4,844 nucleotides of DNA from a virus. Its lineage: Duplodnaviria; Heunggongvirae; Uroviricota; Caudoviricetes. The notes under the pieces are model-generated. The model saw only the letters and a list, made by a program, of their open reading frames with translations. It did no database searches and had not been told where the DNA came from. Shown piece by piece: positions 1 to 4,844 of this stretch; the first letter of the stretch is position 1, and every line of letters begins with the position of its first letter. The stretch lies in the IMG/VR virus record IMGVR_UViG_2602041863_000001, positions 1 to 4,844 of that record; one strand, 5' to 3'. The position numbers and the translations under genes were made by a program.

Positions 1-2454
1 AGTTCCATTCCCCACCACCGTGCCACTTGATGCACCATCCAGCCAGTCGAAATTCATACCGCCACTGTTTGGTCTCCTTAATGGAACGGTATGAGTATGT
101 GCGCCAGCACTATTTGCAGTACCAGATACATTGTGGGTATGTGCACCTGTGTTATTCGTTGATTTAGTACCGTAATCAAACGAAGATGTGGTTTTCGTAC
201 CCAAATCCGTATTGGATGCGCTGGCGCTGTGGGTGTGCGATTTAATGCCATCCTGTTCCAGAGACAATACGTCCCGACCACTGGCGGGTTTGCCCTTGAT
301 TGTCCAGCCACGCATATCCGGGATCACGCCTGACGGATAAGCGGCTGCAAGTTTCGGGTATGCAGATTTGTCAAAAGTCTGTCCCTGCATCAGGGCGTAA
401 CCAGACGGCACAGTATCTGATGGCCACGGCAGCGGAACACCTGGCGGAAACGCTTCAATATTTGCCGAGCCGTCAAATTTTACGCCGTTAATTGTCCTTG
501 CCGTTTTCAGCTTTGTTGCTGTAGCAGCATTGCCGGATAGTTCGCCTGAAAGACCACCGCTGAATGTCTGTTTCGCCGCCCATGTCTGAGCTTCGTCGAT
601 AATTGGCACACGTCTTGTCGTAATCGTGCGGCTTCCCGGATTTCCTGAAATGCGAACCATAAAAAAGCGGTAATTCGCTTTACTTACAGTGCTGCGCCAT
701 ACATGCATTGAGCGCCCCGTACCAGAATCATCACTCGGACCAACTGCGATGTTTATCAGGTTGCCATCAATGACGCCCCAGTCCATACCGTCGGGAATAT
801 TGGTCATGTTATCAAGCCGAACGGTTATCAGACTGCCCGGCACAAAATCGTAGGTCTGCCAGTCCAGGCTGGTGAGTTTTGCCACTGCGCCACCGATACC
901 CAGATTCAGGGGAAGTGAATAAGATGTGTAAACTTCCCGCCATTCGCTCCACGAGCTGCCGGTATAAACGCGCTCAAACGTGCGACCTTTAAGGGTTGCA
1001 CCTGTTCCGGCGGTTGTATAACGTTGCCATACGTTAACGCCATCAAAGCGCCTCAGCACTTCCAGAATACCGAGTACAGTCACGCCGTTTCCGTCCAGTA
1101 TTGGACCATTGGTCGCTTTACCTGTAACGCTGTAAATACCTGGTGAGGTTACATCATTCAAATCACCGTCGTAATAACGGCTTTCTGACTGGTAGCCCAC
1201 TCTTGACCACGGCTCCCATTGTGGGTTCTCTGCATCCCACGAGGCCGAAAGACAGCGAACATAAACATTTCCACGGCGGGTCGTGTAACGCTGCGTTCGC
1301 GAGTAACCACCACCTTCAAGAACTTCAAGGAGTCCCTGACCATAACTTCCTTCTTCCGGATAGTTGCGGTCAAATGAAGCGATTGAGCCACTACTGTTTC
1401 GCCATAAACCAAGATGCTCTGCGCCTCCGAGCGTGTTCAGGTCAATGGTTGTGCTCAGGGGGCGTGTTGCAGACTGAACCTGACGCCAGTAACTCCACGG
1501 ACCGTCTGAACCATTCCATGTGCCAGAAAGGTTGCGCATATAAACATTGCCTGTTCTGGTGGTGTAACGCTGCATTCCTGCAAAATTACCGCCATTGAAT
1601 ACCTCCAGTACACCGACTGCACCGTCTTCAGGGAAATTTTTAGCAGCCGTCGCGTTAGTGGATGTAGCTTTAGACCAGACGCCAAGATAAGCCTTAACGG
1701 GACCAAATGTATTCAAGTCAGCATCAAGCGGCATTTCGCCATTGTTTTTCATAAACGTCAGGCTGGTAACGCCAACATTGTCCAGAAAAGCGCCCTTATC
1801 TGGAATATCGTCACCGTTCTGGTCTTTCTGCATACGTTTTTCAGCATTGTCATAGGCTGCTTTTACTGCCTTTGGCGTTGCCGCCAGCTCTTCACTGGTG
1901 CTGTTTGTTGCGCTACTTAACTGAGTAAAACCTTTTTCTGTCAGCGTGGCGTCAGGATGGCGGCGGGATTGCTCATGCTCTGCGATTTTGTCATCGACGT
2001 AATCCTGCGTCGCCATCACTGTGCTGGCATCAATACTCAGCTCAACGGACGCTACGTTGCTGACAGTAATAACCATGCGGCAGGTCTGCGCGCGCCCGGA
2101 GCCTTCAGCGAGTTCAGGCTTATAGCTTTCCGCCATGTTAGCGACCGCAATCAGTGTTCCGGCATCGTCATACAGACCCAGCTCACGCATCCAGAAGCCG
2201 CCCACTTCTGGCGGTACAACCAGTTCAGCCACGATATAGTTTTTATTCTTGTTATCCACGCTGACTTTATTCAGAGCGTGACGCCAGACCTCATGCACCA
2301 GTTTCGTCTGACCGGCATCCGGCACCGGCAATTTGCCATTACCGTCACCCACGGCCATTGCAGACAGAGTTACTTTTTTCCCGCCGGGGACAGTGGCGGC
2401 TGCCAGCTTCGCGGCTCCGGCAGTAGTGATAGCGGTTTTAAATTTCGTGCTCAT
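1..2454 (-). CDS. phage side tail fiber protein (lambda Stf / P2 gpH type); 5' end complete, 3' end runs off the window start (818 codons in window)
   Basis: ATG at 2454-2452 on the minus strand, preceded by GTGAGAAACA and the TAA of the upstream frame. I hand-translated every codon down to position 1 and found no stop. This ORF is absent from the supplied track, apparently because it has no stop inside the window. N-terminus [63 protein letters not shown]...[18 protein letters not shown] is the conserved virion-proximal domain shared by lambda Stf, P2 gpH and Mu S. Conserved linker motif [27 protein letters not shown] at about 457-537. Tail-collar-like segment [33 protein letters not shown] at about 304-402. 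His-x-His motifs (HTH at 229-237; AHTHNV and AHTHTV within about 91-144). Confidence 0.9.
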   Translation of the reverse strand, partial: MSTKFKTAITTAGAAKLAAATVPGGKKVTLSAMAVGDGNGKLPVPDAGQTKLVHEVWRHALNKVSVDNKNKNYIVAELVVPPEVGGFWMRELGLYDDAGTLIAVANMAESYKPELAEGSGRAQTCRMVITVSNVASVELSIDASTVMATQDYVDDKIAEHEQSRRHPDATLTEKGFTQLSSATNSTSEELAATPKAVKAAYDNAEKRMQKDQNGDDIPDKGAFLDNVGVTSLTFMKNNGEMPLDADLNTFGPVKAYLGVWSKATSTNATAAKNFPEDGAVGVLEVFNGGNFAGMQRYTTRTGNVYMRNLSGTWNGSDGPWSYWRQVQSATRPLSTTIDLNTLGGAEHLGLWRNSSGSIASFDRNYPEEGSYGQGLLEVLEGGGYSRTQRYTTRRGNVYVRCLSASWDAENPQWEPWSRVGYQSESRYYDGDLNDVTSPGIYSVTGKATNGPILDGNGVTVLGILEVLRRFDGVNVWQRYTTAGTGATLKGRTFERVYTGSSWSEWREVYTSYSLPLNLGIGGAVAKLTSLDWQTYDFVPGSLITVRLDNMTNIPDGMDWGVIDGNLINIAVGPSDDSGTGRSMHVWRSTVSKANYRFFMVRISGNPGSRTITTRRVPIIDEAQTWAAKQTFSGGLSGELSGNAATATKLKTARTINGVKFDGSANIEAFPPGVPLPWPSDTVPSGYALMQGQTFDKSAYPKLAAAYPSGVIPDMRGWTIKGKPASGRDVLSLEQDGIKSHTHSASASNTDLGTKTTSSFDYGTKSTNNTGAHTHNVSGTANSAGAHTHTVPLRRPNSGGMNFDWLDGASSGTVVGNGT
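931..1608 (-). repeat. three tandem protein-level repeat units (about 90 aa spacing) inside the tail fiber shaft
   Basis: Hand translation shows three related units: [44 protein letters not shown] (about 1477-1608), [44 protein letters not shown] (about 1198-1329) and [45 protein letters not shown] (about 931-1065). Short nucleotide identities only (e.g. cagcgttacac, aatgtttat), so this is an old duplication rather than a recent one. Confidence 0.55.
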
Positions 2455-2464
2455 TGTTTCTCAC

Positions 2465-2827
2465 TTATCCGGGATAAACAGTAATAACATCACCATCACA
2501 GACCACACCGCCTGTATACAGATAGCCGGGAATGTCCTGGATAATGTTCAGGCCGATAAGGTGGCGACTTGCGGGTTTGGCATCGGCAATCAGCCGTTCC
2601 ATTTCCAGATACATTTCCTCGGTCACACCACTGTCCAGCGTGCCAACATCAACCTTGAATGTTCCGGGTTCGCCGTCGAACTCCCACCACTCAGACACGC
2701 GAATGAGGTATCCCAGCGGCTCAATGGCCCGGCGCAGTGCGCTGATGGTCCCTTTGTGTCGGTGTAACCGCGCTTCGCCTTCTGCGTCGCGGTGGTTTTT
2801 CGTGTTGCAGGCTTCCGCGTTGTCTTT
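2465..2827 (-). pseudogene. open frame without ATG or RBS immediately upstream of the tail fiber; possible 3' remnant of a baseplate gene (P2 gpI position). The track's 77-aa ORF 2465-2698 is its GTG-initiated tail
   Basis: The frame is open for 120 codons from the TAA at 2828-2830 to the TAA at 2465-2467, which lies 10 nt before the fiber ATG. Translation: KDNAEACNTKNHRDAEGEARLHRHKGTISALRRAIEPLGYLIRVSEWWEFDGEPGTFKVDVGTLDSGVTEEMYLEMERLIADAKPASRHLIGLNIIQDIPGYLYTGGVVCDGDVITVYPG. The only start in the track is GTG at 2698 with no Shine-Dalgarno upstream. The assignment rests on position (in P2 the baseplate gene I directly precedes H); I cannot verify homology from memory. Confidence 0.35.
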
Positions 2828-3564
2828 TTACTTTTGCTGCTTTCGTCCTGCGCCTGCGGTGTGCTGGCGTCTTCTGGTTCGGCTGCGGAATCGGCTTTTT
2901 TCAGGGCGCGGGAAAGGGTTGCAATCTCGCGTTTCACACCTGCGTTCGGGTTCAGGTGCATCGCTTCGCGCAGCAGCTTCAGTGATGAGGCCATGCTGTC
3001 CGCATCGCTCAGGCCACGGCGGGCAAAGGCGCACGCCTTGCATAATTTGGCGCGCACTTCGTCCGGCATATCCTGGTTGGCGACAATTTCCCAAAGTGTG
3101 TCCAGTGGTTCGATAAAGGCGGACAAATCCGCGTCGGCATCCGTCCCGGCCTGCGTCAGTACCGGGTTGCAGATTTCTTCGGTCAGTACCGTGGCAGCAG
3201 TACGGCCAAAGTTATCCGGCATGATGAGGTTGTGACGGACCACATACGCACCAATACGCAATGCCAGCGGAAGATCGCCGCAGTCAATCGCCCACACCAT
3301 CAGCGTGGCAATCACCTCATCTTGCTGCCCGCCGTCAGCCTCCAGCGTTCCTTCAATCCAGCCGGAAAAGTCCGGTAACAACTCTTTTTTGATGGCGGCT
3401 TTGGCGCTTCTGGCCTGTACGCCCTTAAGTCGGGCCTGTGCCAGACGCAGACGATACAGCACCTCTTCATGCGCGGTACGTGCGGCGTGATCCACGCCTT
3501 CATTCGCCCGGCCTGCGCGCTGCGCCATCACGTTCTGCCAGTGTTGCTGTGCAGGGGTAATCAT
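2623..3564 (-). CDS. phage terminase endonuclease / small subunit, P2 gpM family (313 codons; the last roughly 50-65 codons look like a read-through extension)
   Basis: ATG at 3564-3562 with GGAGAG 5 nt upstream. The protein MITPAQQHWQNV...KKELLP...LMVW..D.GD...AL.I..Y...............TEE...DMPDEVRAKL...AGVKREI..L...LK followed by a basic K/R/T-rich tail matches my recollection of P2 gpM (MTSPAQRH...KRELLP...DMPDEVRAKLHK...AGVKKEIERLEREL...) at roughly 35-40% identity. The ORF is longer than P2 gpM (about 247 aa as I recall), and the C-terminal GPSAHCAGPLSRWDTSFACLSGGSSTANPEHSRLMLARWTVV has an odd composition. Confidence 0.8.
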   Translation of the reverse strand: MITPAQQHWQNVMAQRAGRANEGVDHAARTAHEEVLYRLRLAQARLKGVQARSAKAAIKKELLPDFSGWIEGTLEADGGQQDEVIATLMVWAIDCGDLPLALRIGAYVVRHNLIMPDNFGRTAATVLTEEICNPVLTQAGTDADADLSAFIEPLDTLWEIVANQDMPDEVRAKLCKACAFARRGLSDADSMASSLKLLREAMHLNPNAGVKREIATLSRALKKADSAAEPEDASTPQAQDESSKSKKTTRKPATRKTTATQKAKRGYTDTKGPSAHCAGPLSRWDTSFACLSGGSSTANPEHSRLMLARWTVV

Positions 3565-3569
3565 TCTTT

Positions 3570-3575
3570 CTCTCC
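3570..3575 (-). promoter_or_regulatory. Shine-Dalgarno sequence (GGAGAG) for the gpM-like gene
   Basis: Minus-strand sequence reads GGAGAG-AAAGA-ATG, giving 5-nt spacing to the start codon at 3564. Confidence 0.5.
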
Positions 3576-3581
3576 GTTACA

Positions 3582-3600
3582 GGCGGGCATGATGCCCGCC
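3582..3600. repeat. perfect 19-bp palindrome GGCGGGCAT-G-ATGCCCGCC (GC-rich hairpin) in the capsid-fragment/terminase intergenic gap
   Basis: Read directly: 3582-3590 ggcgggcat, 3591 g, 3592-3600 atgcccgcc (exact reverse complement). It lies 10 nt after the TAA of the capsid-like frame (3610-3612) and 18 nt before the gpM-like ATG. No U-tract follows on either strand, so it is not a canonical intrinsic terminator. Confidence 0.6.
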
Positions 3601-3609
3601 GTGAGTTGA

Positions 3610-4068
3610 TTAGCTGTCGGCGAACTTCAGGCCTGTGACCATCGCGCACTTGCCATAGTCTTCAACGACATAAGCGTCATTGATGGACTGGTAGGTGGCG
3701 ATGCGGTTGTATTCCGGCTCGTCTTTCATCAGGCGACGCATTGAGCCTCTCTGCCAGTAAATTGACAGGTTGTTGAATGAGGTGATCAGCATCGTTGCAT
3801 CCGGGAAGAACGGCGCAAGGAATACATCCAGCCCACCAATGGTGCGCGATGACAGGATGAGCTGTCCGGCGAGTAATTCCGCATTGGGATTCTGGCCGCT
3901 GATGCTGTTCAGCACGGGCAGACGCAGCGAGTTAAACAGGTTGCGCCCCATAATCACCACGAGGTCGTCTGCTTCCTTGTGCCATTCATCCAGCAGGGAT
4001 GAGCGCGCGTCCTGTATCCGGTTTGCGTACAATTTCAAATCCCTGCGGTGCAATGATGCTGCCGTCAA
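3610..4068 (-). pseudogene. C-terminal fragment (about 150 codons) of a P2-family major capsid protein (gpN-like); N-terminal roughly 200 codons absent
   Basis: Translation ...DEWHKEADDLVVIMGRNLFNSLRLPVLNSISGQNPNAELLAGQLILSSRTIGGLDVFLAPFFPDATMLITSFNNLSIYWQRGSMRRLMKDEPEYNRIATYQSINDAYVVEDYGKCAMVTGLKFADS aligns with the C-terminal third of P2 gpN as I recall it (...PWYQEDPDLVVIVGRQLL...YFPADAMLITKLENLSIYY...RR...NIDYVVEDYAAGCLVEKIKVGDFS). The frame is closed by a TAA at 4087-4089 just upstream; the only start in the track is TTG at 4068; the preceding gene overlaps it out of frame. Confidence 0.6.
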
Positions 4069-4844
4069 CGTACAGGCTGCCGCCCCTTAACAGGTGCTGC
4101 ATCTGCTGTTCACCGATATGCAGGCCGAGAGATTCGGCAGATTCCCGCCATTCTTTAGCGAGTAATTCGTGGTTATCAGGCAAAGGCCGCTGCTGTTTGC
4201 GGCTCTGTGTCCAGCTCTGCATTTCATCACTGCTGTTTTTTGCCTGTTTGTCACGCAGCGAACGCATCAGCGCCCGGCGTTCGTGCCGTTTCAGTGAGCG
4301 CATCCAGTCATCCACATCAACGCCGTCAGGAAGCTGCGGCCACAGTGCTGGCCGTTCTTCCGGCTGTTCTGTCCCGTTGTTGTCCGTTTCCTGTACACGG
4401 GGACAGTTATTGCCACGGGTCCAAGGGGCGGCAGGGCCGCCCTGAAGGTCAAAACCATTTTCGTGGGCGTTGTCTTCCGGTTCTGGTTTACGTCTTACCA
4501 GCTTCCAGTTATCCGGATGCGTGCACACACGGGAGGATTCCCCGATGAGTGGTGACCAGATCCCGTAAATCTGTACGCTCTGTTCGCCGTAATCGTTCAG
4601 CTCATCTGCGAGGTCGTAGGCGGTGCGAATCAGGTAGTCCTTGCGTGGAACAAGCACGCCACCCTGTTTTTCAATGTAGGTGGCAAAACACCCGGCATCG
4701 GCGGCAGCGAGTACCGCATCCATTGCATCATCTTTCAGCCGTTGCGGGCCTTCCGGATTGCGTGCCATCTGGCTGGCAAGGCGGCGCAGTTCACGCCACA
4801 CCTGACGGGAGGGGATGCCAAAGAACTGGAACTGACGGACCCGG
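3986..4844 (-). CDS. hypothetical protein, 5'-partial (open to the window end); charged, Pro/Glu/Arg/Gln-rich, function unknown
   Basis: The frame is open from the window edge to the TAA at 3986-3988 (286 codons: RVRQFQFFGIPSRQVWRELRRLASQMARNPEGPQRLKDDAMDAVLAAADAGCFATYIEKQGGVLVPRKDYLIRTAYDLADELNDYGEQ...DDWMRSLKRHERRALMRSLRDKQAKNSSDEMQSWTQSRKQQRPLPDNHELLAKEWRESAESLGLHIGEQQMQHLL...). The track start at 4801 is a GTG; the real start is upstream of the window. The overlapping plus-strand ORFs are Cys/Ser/Arg-rich antisense artefacts, which supports minus-strand coding. The last about 30 codons overlap the capsid-like frame and are probably out-of-frame read-through. Confidence 0.45.
   Translation of the reverse strand, partial: RVRQFQFFGIPSRQVWRELRRLASQMARNPEGPQRLKDDAMDAVLAAADAGCFATYIEKQGGVLVPRKDYLIRTAYDLADELNDYGEQSVQIYGIWSPLIGESSRVCTHPDNWKLVRRKPEPEDNAHENGFDLQGGPAAPWTRGNNCPRVQETDNNGTEQPEERPALWPQLPDGVDVDDWMRSLKRHERRALMRSLRDKQAKNSSDEMQSWTQSRKQQRPLPDNHELLAKEWRESAESLGLHIGEQQMQHLLRGGSLYVDGSIIAPQGFEIVRKPDTGRALIPAG

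Noticed and set aside
1-600. Invertase (Gin/Hin/Cin/Pin) crossover site within the fiber gene
   Set aside because: I scanned for the two-fold symmetric AAACC...GGTTT type half-sites and found no convincing 26-bp site. The relevant junction may lie beyond the window start.
2465-2477. Small palindrome TTATCC-G-GGATAA at the stop of the ATG-less frame
   Set aside because: The arms are only 6 bp, which is easily chance; it overlaps the stop codon and fiber RBS region and has no other support.
300-3235. Plus-strand ORFs from the track (300-491, 1143-1598, 1957-2484, 2333-2767, 2532-3116, 2792-3235)
   Set aside because: They lie entirely antisense to the strongly supported minus-strand fiber and gpM-like genes, and their translations are Cys/Ser/Arg-rich with no recognisable motifs, as expected of antisense artefacts.
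78-3503. Short minus-strand ORFs in other frames (78-311, 1158-1412, 1455-1706, 2828-3094, 3312-3503)
   Set aside because: They sit in alternative frames inside the long fiber or gpM-like ORFs, and none has a recognisable product.
3582-3600. Palindrome as a rho-independent terminator
   Set aside because: No T/U-rich tract follows the stem on either strand, and the gpM-like gene begins 18 nt downstream, apparently as part of the same operon.
4022-4036. Frame-A peptide EIVRK as a continuation of capsid homology (resembling EVIRV in P2 gpN), implying a simple frameshift within one capsid gene
   Set aside because: The spacing relative to the conserved DLVVI(M/V)GR block is off by about 11 residues, and the rest of the upstream ORF shows no capsid-like sequence, so the match is probably chance.
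3305-4548. Plus-strand ORFs 3305-3490, 3770-4090, 3999-4445 and 4207-4548
   Set aside because: Antisense to the gpM-like, capsid-fragment and upstream minus-strand ORFs, with low-complexity Cys/Ser/Arg-rich translations and no start-site support.
4760-4844. Weak resemblance of the upstream ORF's PSRQVWRELRRLAS to a lambda P (DnaB-loader) motif
   Set aside because: It is a single short motif recalled from memory, with no supporting similarity in the following 250 residues. Too weak to annotate.

Overview
The whole window is phage-derived and coded on the minus strand; I could support no plus-strand gene. Reading in the direction of transcription (high to low coordinates): (1) a 5'-truncated ORF for an unidentified, highly charged protein (3986-4844); (2) a C-terminal fragment of a P2-family (gpN-like) major capsid protein in a different frame (3610-4068); (3) a 19-bp perfect palindrome in the 45-nt gap (3582-3600); (4) an apparently intact P2-family terminase endonuclease/small subunit (gpM-like, 2623-3564) with a good RBS; (5) an overlapping 120-codon open frame with no ATG or RBS (2465-2827), possibly the 3' remnant of a baseplate gene; (6) a long side tail fiber gene of the Stf/P2-gpH type (2454 down to 1, 818 codons, continuing past the window start). 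The family assignments rest on my recognition of the translated proteins, not on any database search. The arrangement is not that of a functional P2-like phage: the genes that normally lie between the terminase small subunit and the tail fiber are absent, and two out-of-frame junctions look like deletion scars. My best reading is a decayed or rearranged P2-family prophage remnant that retains an intact TerS and an intact mosaic tail fiber. A satellite-like or domesticated element is a less likely alternative. I see no CRISPR array, tRNA/rRNA, or recognisable defence system in this window.
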